This document shows positions 39,589 to 49,338 of a DNA stretch of 64,000 bases, piece after piece; position 1 is the first letter of the stretch, and every line of letters begins with the position of its first letter. Source of the stretch: Acidobacteriota bacterium (GTDB taxonomy: Bacteria; Acidobacteriota; UBA6911; RPQK01; JAJDTT01); assembly GCA_965217775.1 (NCBI GenBank), contig CBDCJH010000002.1, positions 2,336,001 through 2,400,000 on the forward strand, given 5' to 3'. A program made the position numbers and the translations under genes. Below the pieces are notes generated by a model. That model ran no database searches and was not told the origin of the DNA. It saw nothing but the letters and a program-made list of their open reading frames with translations.

Positions 39589-41355
39589 TCAGAACAGTCC
39601 CTGGACCCGACCGGTTTCGGTATCGACGTCGATCCCTCGGTAGGCAGGCCGGGAACCGGTTCCGGGCAAAAGATGGATTCCGCCGGCCACCGGGACCACC
39701 AGTCCGGCGCCGCGGTAGAGCAGGATGTCCCGAATCGGAAGCTCCCAGCCCCGTGGCCGGCCCTTCAACTGCGGATCGTGGGAGAGACTCAGATTGGTCT
39801 TGGCCATGCAGAGCCCCAGCGAGCGGTTTCCGGGATCGCTCTCCAGCCGCTCCAGCTTGCGCCGGGCTTCCGGCGAGTAGCTCACGCTCGCGGCTCCGTA
39901 GACCTGGGTGGCGATGCACTCGATCCGTTCGCCGAGACCGCTCTCAAGATCGTAGAGAAACCGGAATTCCTGTTTCTGTTCGCAGGCCGCCACCACCGCC
40001 TCGGCCAACTCCACGGCCCCCTCGCCTCCCTTGAGCCAGTGGTCGGACATGGCGAAAGGTGCCCCGGCCTCATCCGCGACCCGCTTCACCACGGCGATCT
40101 CCGCGTCGGAATCGGTGACGAACCGATTGACGCAGACCACCGGTTGGATGCCGCTCTTCCGGACGATGTCGATATGGGCCAGCAGATTGGTGCACCCTCG
40201 TTCCACCAGCTCCAGGTTCTCTTCGGTGTAGGCCGGGCCCAGAGGCTGGCCCGGGCGTACTCGAGGACCGCCCCCGTGACTCTTGAGGGCCCGGATCGTG
40301 GCCACCAACACCACGGCGTCGGGCTGGAGTCCCGAGTACCGGCACTTGAGGTTCCAGAACTTCTCGTAGCCGATGTCGGACCCGAACCCGCTTTCGGTGA
40401 CCAGGTAGTCGGTCAGCAGGGTTCCCATTCGGTCGGCGATGACGGAGCTCTGGCCCAAGGCGATGTTGGCGAAGGGACCCGCGTGCACCAGCATCGGCTG
40501 CCCCTCGATGGTCTGAAGCAGGTTGGGATGCACCGCGTCGGTCATCCAGGCCGTCATGGCCCCGGCCACTTGCAGGTCGGAAGTGGTGACTTCCCTGCCC
40601 TCGCGGTCCCAAGCCACCACGATTCTGCCGATCCGCTCCCTCAGGTCCGCCAAGTCCCGGGAGACGGCCAGAATCGCCATCAGCTCGCTGGAGGCGGTGA
40701 TCTGAAAACCCGACTCCATGGGATAGCCGTCCATCTTGCCGCCGTTCCCGATGTTGATCCGGCGCAGGGACTGGGCGCAGAAATCGATGGCCCACTTCAT
40801 CTCCACCCGGCCGGGGTCCAGGTCGAGACGGCTCAGGCCCAACGACTCCAGCTTGCGGTCGTCGTAGTTGCGCTCGTGCTGCATCCTGGCGGTCAGGGCC
40901 ACCATGGCCAGGTTGTGGGCATTGGTGATGGAATCCAGGTCTCCGGTGAGCCGGATCGAGAGCGGGGCCAGCGGTATGCACTGGGAGAGGCCGCCGCCGG
41001 CGCCGGAGCCCTTGAGGTTGAAGGTGGGTCCGCCGCTGGGCTGGCGGATGGCGCCCGCCACTCTGCAGCCGATCCGGGCCAAGCCCTGTACCAGTCCGAT
41101 GGTGGTGGTGGTCTTCCCCTCCCCGAGGGGGGTCGGAGTGATGGCGGTCACGTCAATGTACCGCCCACGAGTGGAGCCTTCGAGCCGTTCCATGACCGCC
41201 CGGTGATCCACTTTTGCGAGTCCCCGGCCCGCGGGAATCAACTCCTCCGCCCGAAGGCCCAACTCCGAGCCCAATTGGTCGAGGGGCTTGGACGACCTCT
41301 CTGCCGCCTCGGCCAACTGCCAGCCTTTCAGCTTCGTGGGATCCAAGCTCATCAT
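39589..41355 (-). CDS. fhs: Formate--tetrahydrofolate ligase
   Basis: TAITPTPLGEGKTTT, RQPSGGPTF, VHAGPFANIA, TESGFG.D.G.EKF, VATIRALK.HGG, CMAKT.LSLS. Confidence 0.95.
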   Translation of the reverse strand: MMSLDPTKLKGWQLAEAAERSSKPLDQLGSELGLRAEELIPAGRGLAKVDHRAVMERLEGSTRGRYIDVTAITPTPLGEGKTTTTIGLVQGLARIGCRVAGAIRQPSGGPTFNLKGSGAGGGLSQCIPLAPLSIRLTGDLDSITNAHNLAMVALTARMQHERNYDDRKLESLGLSRLDLDPGRVEMKWAIDFCAQSLRRINIGNGGKMDGYPMESGFQITASSELMAILAVSRDLADLRERIGRIVVAWDREGREVTTSDLQVAGAMTAWMTDAVHPNLLQTIEGQPMLVHAGPFANIALGQSSVIADRMGTLLTDYLVTESGFGSDIGYEKFWNLKCRYSGLQPDAVVLVATIRALKSHGGGPRVRPGQPLGPAYTEENLELVERGCTNLLAHIDIVRKSGIQPVVCVNRFVTDSDAEIAVVKRVADEAGAPFAMSDHWLKGGEGAVELAEAVVAACEQKQEFRFLYDLESGLGERIECIATQVYGAASVSYSPEARRKLERLESDPGNRSLGLCMAKTNLSLSHDPQLKGRPRGWELPIRDILLYRGAGLVVPVAGGIHLLPGTGSRPAYRGIDVDTETGRVQGLF

Positions 41356-41386
41356 GGCCACGGTGAATTGAGCCTCTTGTGCCCGG

Positions 41387-42439
41387 CTATGCCAGGTTGG
41401 GATTCGCGAACCAGCCCTGGTCCGCAAGTGTTTCGTATGCGATCTTGATTTGCCGCTGAGTGAACTGCTCCTTCCGGTCGTTCCATGCGTAGGTGCGGTC
41501 AACCACATCAGCAAGAGTCTGTGCCTTCTCCCGGGTGACGACCCAGTGGACTGTGGCCAACAACTCCAGCCCGTATGCAGACTCGAACCCCTCGACCAGT
41601 TGCCGGACCTTGTTGAAACGCTGCCGCGTGGCAGGAAACCCGTCCAGGTAACGAGTGGCGTCCTCAATTGCGCCGGCGACCAGTTCAAGGTGGATGCCGG
41701 GCGTATCGTCCCCGCCGGTATATCCGGAGACGTAGTGTCCCTCAACCTTGAGCAGAACGTGGCGCAGATTTACCGCATAGGGTCCGTAGAACCCTTTCAT
41801 ATACCTGAGTCGCAAGCGTTCTCCGGCTTCCTGCATGAAGTACATGAGCTTGTGGACCTCGAGCAGCGTCACGAACGGATCCAACAAGCCTCGCAGGTAG
41901 ATGTCCATCAGTCCAACCAGAGTTGCCCGCCCCGGAGTCATTGCAGGCACATTGGTCGAACGATTGACACGCGTATCCGCTGGTCCGCCCCCAGGCTCGA
42001 ATATGACGATCTCGACGCCATACAGTTCCTGTAGTTCCGCCTCCATTCGAGCGCGCACCTCCACCCATACCAAGCCGCCCAAGCCACTTCCAAGCGGAGG
42101 AATCGCGATGGAGCGGATACGGTGCGAGCGGATTGAATTCGCGAGTGACTCCAAGCCGGATTCAATATCTTCCATTCGACTCTTGCCCCGCCAATGCCGC
42201 TTGGTCGGGAAGTTGATGATATAGCGGGGTGGATGCATTTTGCCCGTATCGTAGACGAACACGCAGCCTGGCTTCATTCTGCCCTGTTTGCATTCAGTTT
42301 CGTACGCCTTGAAGTTATCGGGGAACCTGCGCTTGAACTGCAACGCGACACCACGTCCCATGACGCCGACGCAGTTGACGGTATTGACCAGGGCTTCGCT
42401 GTCTTCAGTGAGGATATCGCCGATCTTGTATTCGATCAT
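41387..42439 (-). CDS. darG: DarG antitoxin (macrodomain DNA ADP-ribosylglycohydrolase)
   Basis: ALVNTVNCVGVMGRGVALQFK, IINFPTK.HW, SIAIPPLGSG.GGL, HKLMYF, YGPYA, GFES.YGLELLATVHW. Confidence 0.9.
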   Translation of the reverse strand: MIEYKIGDILTEDSEALVNTVNCVGVMGRGVALQFKRRFPDNFKAYETECKQGRMKPGCVFVYDTGKMHPPRYIINFPTKRHWRGKSRMEDIESGLESLANSIRSHRIRSIAIPPLGSGLGGLVWVEVRARMEAELQELYGVEIVIFEPGGGPADTRVNRSTNVPAMTPGRATLVGLMDIYLRGLLDPFVTLLEVHKLMYFMQEAGERLRLRYMKGFYGPYAVNLRHVLLKVEGHYVSGYTGGDDTPGIHLELVAGAIEDATRYLDGFPATRQRFNKVRQLVEGFESAYGLELLATVHWVVTREKAQTLADVVDRTYAWNDRKEQFTQRQIKIAYETLADQGWFANPNLA

Positions 42440-42456
42440 GGCTGTTTGTCCCATGG

Positions 42457-43095
42457 TCAGTAGTACCAGGCCGGCATGACTCTGACGGGCGGCTTGTTGG
42501 AATCAAGGAGCTTGACGACTCGACGCCAGATCCGCTTCGTGCAGACGCCAATGCGGGTGATCAGCTCCCAGGGGAACCGCTGCTCGATGAGAAACTCCGC
42601 CTGCTTTGGTTCCTTACATTCTCGCCAGTTTCTGGCCTGCACCGCACTCCAGTCGATCTCTCTCAAGTCCTCCAAATTACATCGGTCTTGGAAATAGGAC
42701 GAACCTGCATTGGAAAGTGTGAACGCCCAACGCAACTCACGGTCCTCTGCCCATGCAACGGACTGGCGCAGGTCCGCTTCCAGATGAACGATGGGCCCCT
42801 GTCCCTCGCGATAGGCCAATTCGGGATGATTCGCTTGACGGATCACGTAGAGCATGACGGACCGCGGGCAGAATTAGAAGGGAACGCAGTCGCCGATGCA
42901 CAGGTTTACATAGCTGTTCAGCCGCAGACGCAATCGCCGCTGCTTGATTCCGTGCATTCCGATCACAGTTCCTGGGAGAGAACTCTTCGCCATCTCCGCA
43001 CCACACAAGAGCCCATTCGCTGCAATGATTGAGGGGAGTCGGTCTACATGTACAATGTGGTAGATTTTTGGGTTTTCGGGCACTGGCGAGATCAC
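42457..43095 (-). pseudogene. darT: DarT toxin (DUF4433 DNA ADP-ribosyltransferase) with in-frame TAA
   Basis: KIYHIVHVDRLPSII...VPF*FCPRSVMLY...FTLSNA...KQAEFL...WYY; TAA at 42874-42876 replaces the conserved Tyr of VPFYF. Confidence 0.85.
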
Positions 43096-43257
43096 TGGAA
43101 AAATTGTAACTTATCGCCACCTGATCTTCGCCGTGATCTGCGCGGATTTTTTTAGAAATCTGGAACCAATCCAACATCGTGGCGACGTTCACCGCACACT
43201 GTTAGAATACCTGCGAGTTCGGCAATTTGCTGGCCTGATTCAACCAAGAGCATCCTC

Positions 43258-45786
43258 ATGTGTCACTGGCTCGGTTTGTCGCTGATCTTGACGGTCACGG
43301 CCGCCATGGCCGGGACCCGGGATCTCCCTCCACCAGCTCCTGCCGGCGTGGACTTTTCCGAGCAAGTCGAGCCGATTCTCCGAGACCGTTGCTACGCCTG
43401 TCACGGCACCAACGTTCAGATGAACGGATTGCGCCTCGACGAGCGTAGCCACGCTCTGAAAGGTGGCGACTCAGGCCTCCCCGCGGTGATCCCCGGCGAC
43501 AGCGCCCGGAGTCTTCTGATCCGGACCGTGGCCGGTCTGGACCCCGACCTGATCATGCCCAAGACCGGCGATCGGCTCTCCCACGAGGAGATCGGCCTGC
43601 TCCGGGCCTGGATCGACTCCGGTGCCGACTACAGCGAATCGGCCGATTCCAGTCCGGCGGCGGACGGAAAGGATCACTGGTCATTTCAAGGGCTGAACTC
43701 GCCTCCGGTCCCGGAGGTAAAGAACGCCGATTGGGTCCGAAATCCCATCGACGCCTTCGTCCTGGCCAAGCTGGAGGAGCGAGGATGGAAGCCGTCTCCC
43801 CCTGCGGGAAACGAGGCCCTGTTGCGGCGCATCTACCTGGATCTCATCGGCCTGCCTCCCACTCCTCAGGAACAGCAGGAGTTCCTGGAGCGGAGTTCAC
43901 CGGAGAAGTTCGACCGTCTCATCGTCGAACTTCTCGATCGGCCCGGATACGGAGAGCGATGGGGCCGCCACTGGCTGGACGTGGTCCGCTACGCCGAGTC
44001 CAACGGTTACGAAAGGGACGCCATCAAGCCGGAAGTCTGGAAGTATCGGGACTATGTCATCCGATCCCTGAACCAGGACAAGCCCTACGACCGTTTTATT
44101 CTGGAGCAGTTGGCGGGGGACGAGCTGGAGGACGCCACCGCAGAGACTCATATCGCGCTGGGCTTCAACCGCTTGGGTCCCTGGGACGACGAGCCGGCCG
44201 ACTTCGACCAGGACCGCTTCGATCAATTGGATGACGTGGTCCGAACCACCTCCGAGGCCTTCCTGGGCCTCACCATGGGCTGCGCCCGCTGCCACGACCA
44301 CAAGTTCGATCCCCTCACCCAAAAGGACTATTACGGCATGGTCGCCCTCTTCAACGGCCTGCGCCGTTCCCAGAACGGCCGCCGGGAGGTCAGCCTGCCG
44401 GTGGGAGCTCGTGCCCAACTGGCGCGGCAGTCTCAAAGGGACGATCGAATCAAGGAGTTGGAAGGCCAGATCGACAAGCTGCGGGAGGACTTCCGGATCG
44501 AGCGGCTCCGCTCTGGCCGGAGCGGACTTCCGGAGAACGCGGTCGCGGCCCTGCTGGAAGACGCCAAGAAGAGAACGGAAGAGCAGAAGCGCCTGGCCAG
44601 GGAGTACTCCTCGGAAATGATCAGAGAGACGGCGGCAGCCCTCTCGCCTGAACTGGTGGGCCGGATCGCCGCGTTGGAAGCCGAGATCGCCGTGGTTCGG
44701 CGATCCACGTCCGAGCTGGACCGCGGCTACTATCTCTACGAGTCGAAACCTCCGGAAGTGGTCCACGTGCTGATGAGAGGCCGCGCCGCCAGTCCCGGTG
44801 AGGTGGCCGTTCCATGCCTGCCGACGGCCTTGGTCCCTTCCCAGCCCGAGTTTTCCTCCAAGGGCAACAGCAGCGGACGGAGGCTGGCCCTGGCCCGCTG
44901 GATCGCCAGTCCCGAAAACCCCCTCACCGCCCGGGTCCTGGCCAACCGGGTCTGGCAGCAGCATCTGGGCCACGGACTGGTCCGCACCGGCGGCGACTTC
45001 GGAATCATGGGAGACCGGCCCAGCCATCCCGAACTCCTGGACTGGCTGGCCAGCCGGTTTATCCAGGAGGGTTGGTCCCTCAAGAAGCTCCACACCCTGA
45101 TCATGACCAGCAACACCTACCGCATGGACAAGACTCCGATGGCCGAGTATCTGGAGGCGGACCCGGAGAACCGTTTCCTCTGGCGGGCGCACTACCGGCG
45201 CCTGGAGGCGGAGGCCATTCGGGATTCGATGCTGGCGGCCAGCGGACAGCTCAATCGGAAGATGTACGGACCCAGCATGGTGCCTCCCATTCCGGAAGCC
45301 GCTCTGGAAGGGCACCCGGACCCGGACAAGATCTGGCACACTTCCAACGAGCGGGAGGCGAGCCGAAGAACCGTCTATGCCTTCGTCAAGCGGTCTATGC
45401 TCATCCCCATGCTGGAGGTCCTGGACTTCTGCGATACGACCCGAAGCTCCGCCCAGCGGCCGGTGACCAGCATCGCTCCCCAGGCATTGACCCTCTTCAA
45501 CGGAGACTTCGCCAACGCGCAGGCTCTACACCTGGCTCGCCGAGTCCTGGAGGATGCCGGTCCGAACCCGGTCGAGCAGGTGGACCTGGTCTACCGCTTG
45601 GCACTGTCCCGCAGACCGACCCCCGATGAACACCGGGAGATGGTGGACTTCCTGAACCAGGAGACGGAGGCTCGCCTCTGGGAGACGAGCGCCCGCAACC
45701 GGGACCGGCTCGTGGCCCGTGAGGAGAGTCTGGTGCAGCTCTGCCGGGTGGTCTTCAACCTGAATGAATTCGTCTACCCCAACTGA
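43258..45786 (+). CDS. Planctomycete cytochrome c / DUF1549 / DUF1553 (PSD1) protein
   Basis: CYACHG, HWSF, NPIDAF, YGERWGRHWLD, CARCHDHKFDP, NPLTARV, HPELLDWLA, RRLEAEAIRD, PQAL. Confidence 0.9.
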   Translation: MCHWLGLSLILTVTAAMAGTRDLPPPAPAGVDFSEQVEPILRDRCYACHGTNVQMNGLRLDERSHALKGGDSGLPAVIPGDSARSLLIRTVAGLDPDLIMPKTGDRLSHEEIGLLRAWIDSGADYSESADSSPAADGKDHWSFQGLNSPPVPEVKNADWVRNPIDAFVLAKLEERGWKPSPPAGNEALLRRIYLDLIGLPPTPQEQQEFLERSSPEKFDRLIVELLDRPGYGERWGRHWLDVVRYAESNGYERDAIKPEVWKYRDYVIRSLNQDKPYDRFILEQLAGDELEDATAETHIALGFNRLGPWDDEPADFDQDRFDQLDDVVRTTSEAFLGLTMGCARCHDHKFDPLTQKDYYGMVALFNGLRRSQNGRREVSLPVGARAQLARQSQRDDRIKELEGQIDKLREDFRIERLRSGRSGLPENAVAALLEDAKKRTEEQKRLAREYSSEMIRETAAALSPELVGRIAALEAEIAVVRRSTSELDRGYYLYESKPPEVVHVLMRGRAASPGEVAVPCLPTALVPSQPEFSSKGNSSGRRLALARWIASPENPLTARVLANRVWQQHLGHGLVRTGGDFGIMGDRPSHPELLDWLASRFIQEGWSLKKLHTLIMTSNTYRMDKTPMAEYLEADPENRFLWRAHYRRLEAEAIRDSMLAASGQLNRKMYGPSMVPPIPEAALEGHPDPDKIWHTSNEREASRRTVYAFVKRSMLIPMLEVLDFCDTTRSSAQRPVTSIAPQALTLFNGDFANAQALHLARRVLEDAGPNPVEQVDLVYRLALSRRPTPDEHREMVDFLNQETEARLWETSARNRDRLVAREESLVQLCRVVFNLNEFVYPN

Positions 45787-45824
45787 GGAGGCGTCGAGAT
45801 AACGGCTCAGCCGGGAGAATAACG

Positions 45825-47297
45825 ATGCAGGCGAAACGTTTCACACGCAACAACCCGCCCTGTGGCCGGACTCGAAGAGAGTTCCTGTGGGAGACGGGGG
45901 GAGGATTCGCCGGCCTGGCCCTCATCGACCTCCTCTCGGCGGACGGTTTCTTCGGCCGGCTGGAAGGAGCTACCGCCGACGGCAACCCCCCGGTACTCCT
46001 GGCTCCCAAACTCCCTCATTTCGCGACGCGCGCCAAGCACGTCATCTTCCTCTTCATGAACGGCGGGCCCAGCCATGTGGACCTGTTCGACCCCAAGCCG
46101 GCGCTGACCAAGTACAACGGCAGCCCCTACCAGGGCAAGGTGAAGGTGGGATCCAACAACCGTCCCATCGGCTACCTCATGCAATCCCCCTTCGAGTTCA
46201 AAAAGCACGGCCGGAGCGGCCTGGAGATCAGCAGCGTCTACCCTCACCTCTCCCGCTTCGCCGACGACCTCTGCGTGATTCGCTCCTTGTACACCGACAC
46301 CGCGGCCCACGCCTCTGGGAACATCCAGATGAACACGGGCAACGTCATCATCGGGAGACCCTCCCTGGGCTCTTGGCTCAGCTACGGTCTGGGTACTCTG
46401 GGCAACGACCTGCCCAGCTTCGTGGTCATGACCGATCCCCGCGGCGGACCCATCGGAGGGTCCTCCAACTGGACCGCCGGTTTCATGCCGGCCGCGTATC
46501 AGGGAACCCTATTCAGGAGCAAGGGTAGTCCGCTCTTGAATCTGGCGACGCCGGAGGACGTCAGTGAGCGGACCCAGCGCCACTCCCTGAATCTTCTACA
46601 GCGGCTGAACCGAAAGCATCTGAAAAACCGTGAGCAGGAGTCGGAACTGGCCGCCCGGATCCACTCCTACGAGTTGGCCTACCGGATGCAGACCACGGCC
46701 TCCGAGGTGGTGGACCTGGAGCAGGAGAACGAGCAGACCCGGGAGATGTACGGGCTCAACAATCGGCTTACCGCCGACTTCGGCCGCAAGTGCCTGATCG
46801 CGCGGCGGCTCATCGAGAAGGGCGTCCGTTTCGTTCAACTCTATTCGGGCGGAGGGCACGGCCCCGAAACCTGGGACGGCCATGTGGACTGCATCAAGAA
46901 CCACTCGCTCCACGGCTACGAGACTGACCAGCCCATGGCGGGTCTGATCGAAGACCTGAAGCGGACTGGCCTCTGGGAAGAGACGCTCCTGGTGTGGGGT
47001 GGCGAGTTCGGGCGGACCCCCACCAGCGAGGGCGTCGGCAAGCCGGGCCGCGACCACAACTGGCTCGGCTTCTCCATGTGGCTGGCCGGAGCCGGCGTCA
47101 AGGGCGGGCAGGCCATCGGAGCCACCGACGAACTGGGCTTCGAGGCGGTGGAATCCCCCTACCACGTCTCCGACCTGCACGCGACGGTGCTGCACCTGAT
47201 GGGACTGGACCACACCAAGCTGACCTACTTCTATCACGGCCTCGAAGAGCGCCTCACCGGCCAGCGGGGTCAGGTGATCGAGGGATCTCTGGCCTGA
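45825..47297 (+). CDS. DUF1501 domain protein (Tat signal)
   Basis: TRREFL, GGPSHVDLFDPKP, PSLGSW..YGLG, YELAYRMQ, GEFGRTP, GRDH, DLHAT.LH. Confidence 0.9.
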   Translation: MQAKRFTRNNPPCGRTRREFLWETGGGFAGLALIDLLSADGFFGRLEGATADGNPPVLLAPKLPHFATRAKHVIFLFMNGGPSHVDLFDPKPALTKYNGSPYQGKVKVGSNNRPIGYLMQSPFEFKKHGRSGLEISSVYPHLSRFADDLCVIRSLYTDTAAHASGNIQMNTGNVIIGRPSLGSWLSYGLGTLGNDLPSFVVMTDPRGGPIGGSSNWTAGFMPAAYQGTLFRSKGSPLLNLATPEDVSERTQRHSLNLLQRLNRKHLKNREQESELAARIHSYELAYRMQTTASEVVDLEQENEQTREMYGLNNRLTADFGRKCLIARRLIEKGVRFVQLYSGGGHGPETWDGHVDCIKNHSLHGYETDQPMAGLIEDLKRTGLWEETLLVWGGEFGRTPTSEGVGKPGRDHNWLGFSMWLAGAGVKGGQAIGATDELGFEAVESPYHVSDLHATVLHLMGLDHTKLTYFYHGLEERLTGQRGQVIEGSLA

Positions 47298-47544
47298 TCC
47301 GGGGCCGGGCCCACCGTCCTGCGCATCCGCTTTTTGCTCCTACAGGGTAGACTTCTCGGTCGCGACCGAGACGAGAGTTGGGCACGGTTCAGGGTTGGGG
47401 GCCGAACAGCCGAATTTGGTTCGGCTGCAGGTTTGCAAGATCCGGGTCTGGCTCGAGCTGATCCATTCTGAGAAGCTCGCCATCCGTGTAGAGTGATCTC
47501 CCAATGTGGAGGTTCCGGATCGCCTCCGGATTCAGGGCATGGTC

Positions 47545-47617
47545 CGTCCACGTGCGTGTCACGACCGTTTGCGACGATTGGGACGTTGGTGTCCGCGACT
47601 ACGTTTCCCGCGTTCAT
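47545..47617 (-). pseudogene. Truncated PIN-like partner gene of the DUF3696 ATPase
   Basis: MNAGNVVADTNVPIVANGR begins overlapping the ATPase stop (ATGA); the family-like pattern is lost after about 24 codons. Confidence 0.4.
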
Positions 47618-48978
47618 TGGTCATCGCCGAGCTTCCGCTTCAAGCCAGCGGCCCGGATCGCAGATATTTCACCAAGTTCGTCACCGAAGAAGTTCTCAGG
47701 CCAATTTCGAACTTCGCCGAATTCGTTTAGTTCAAGGCTGCGCAATTGCGCAGAACCCTTGGCCATCGACGTAAAGTAGAGCTTTACGTCGTCCGGCGCC
47801 ATTTCTCCCTCCGCGATACGACGCTGGAACCTGCGCAACAGGTGCTCACTGTGACTCTCCACGATGACCTGAACGTTTCGGGTACGCGCAACCGTGAGAA
47901 TGACGTCGGCCAAACCGCTTTGGACCGATGGGTGGAGGTGGATTTCCGGCTGTTCCATCAGAACGGTGGAACCCTCGGGAACGTAGTAGAGAAGGACAAG
48001 GGCCGATAATAACTGAGACACGCCGAAGCCAACGTCCGTTAACATGACCTCGGGGCTGGCATTGTCTTTCTTGACGCGGGCTTGATAAAGACTTGAACCC
48101 GTTGCGATCTCGGTCACGTCGAACTCGTGGATAAGTGCAAGTTCTTGCAACCAGTATGCGATCATCTCCTGGAATGGCTTGCGCCACTTCCGCGGTCCGA
48201 GATTGCGCATCTCTCTCTTAGCCGTGGCGGCCAGAATCGCCTCGACGGTTCGTTCACCGCGCGGTCCGACATCAACCGGTTGGCTCCCTGACCATCGGTA
48301 CTCTCTTTGGGGGTATTCCCGAAGGGGACCAAGATAGAAGATATTGTCCATCAGGTTTTCGTATGCGATCTCAAACTTATTCAGGAAATCGGCGTTCTGA
48401 AAATAATTCCGAACCTGGTGGGAAAGAATATGCGTCTTAACGGGTCCAGGGAGTGCCCAGGGTCTTCCTTGATTTCGGACGAACCGAAAACCACCACAGT
48501 CATTTGCGGTCAAGCGAAATTTGGTCGCTCCCTTCGACTCCGGTTTCAGCACAAACGTAGCTCCACCAAATCTGTATATCAGGGAATGCGCCCGGAGCTG
48601 CCCACGTCTCATGCCAACCTGGCATTTCGTTTCAAGTCGACATCCCTGTACCAGGACATCACCCCGGCGACCACCAGGGTTCTCAATCTTGAGTAGGCCC
48701 GGGGAGGTCCAGTCAAGTGTCCACTCCATCTGTGTTTCGTCGTCGTGAGCGTGAGCTACGTCGCGAAAACTCCCGAGGTTTACTAGTTCGCCCGGGCCCC
48801 CGAAATCCAGAACGAGACCCCGATCCGTCGCGTTCTTCGTCTGCTTGAGCATGAGCAGGAACTGGAACACGCTACTCTTGCCCGAACTGTTGGTTCCGAA
48901 CAGCCCGGTGACTTTACCGAGTGACAGGTCCAGCTCGCGCCATGCCTTGAAGTTGGTGACCTTCAGTGTTTCGAGCAT
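47614..48978 (-). CDS. ABC/AAA_21-type ATPase with DUF3696 C-terminus
   Basis: NFKAW, GTNSSGKSS, YLGPLR, DVGFGVSQ, EQPEIHLHP..Q, VESHSEH, NWPENFFG. Confidence 0.85.
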   Translation of the reverse strand: MLETLKVTNFKAWRELDLSLGKVTGLFGTNSSGKSSVFQFLLMLKQTKNATDRGLVLDFGGPGELVNLGSFRDVAHAHDDETQMEWTLDWTSPGLLKIENPGGRRGDVLVQGCRLETKCQVGMRRGQLRAHSLIYRFGGATFVLKPESKGATKFRLTANDCGGFRFVRNQGRPWALPGPVKTHILSHQVRNYFQNADFLNKFEIAYENLMDNIFYLGPLREYPQREYRWSGSQPVDVGPRGERTVEAILAATAKREMRNLGPRKWRKPFQEMIAYWLQELALIHEFDVTEIATGSSLYQARVKKDNASPEVMLTDVGFGVSQLLSALVLLYYVPEGSTVLMEQPEIHLHPSVQSGLADVILTVARTRNVQVIVESHSEHLLRRFQRRIAEGEMAPDDVKLYFTSMAKGSAQLRSLELNEFGEVRNWPENFFGDELGEISAIRAAGLKRKLGDDQ

Positions 48979-49338
48979 GTCGGGTCGTGATAGGAGTGCT
49001 CCCGTTTTCCAGCACAGTTAGAGTACTTCGTTGACGGGCACTCCGATTGCCTGAACGATCCAGTCGTCAGATCACGGTAGCGGACACCGGCGGTAGCCGT
49101 CGACCTGGCGCGACAAGTAGCTTTCCACCAACCGGACAGGATTCTCCTTAAGTGATTGAAAACATGAGGATCACGAGATCTGAGGATTGGTATCCTATCG
49201 AAAAACGAGCGGGGGCCGCTCTCCGTGGGCAGACGAGGTATTCTTGCAAGAATTCAACGGATCCGTATCACGAGCCGGGAGTAGCAATGATCAGAATTGC
49301 ACAAACTACCGGCTCAACTCGATCTTTGTCCCCTGCAT

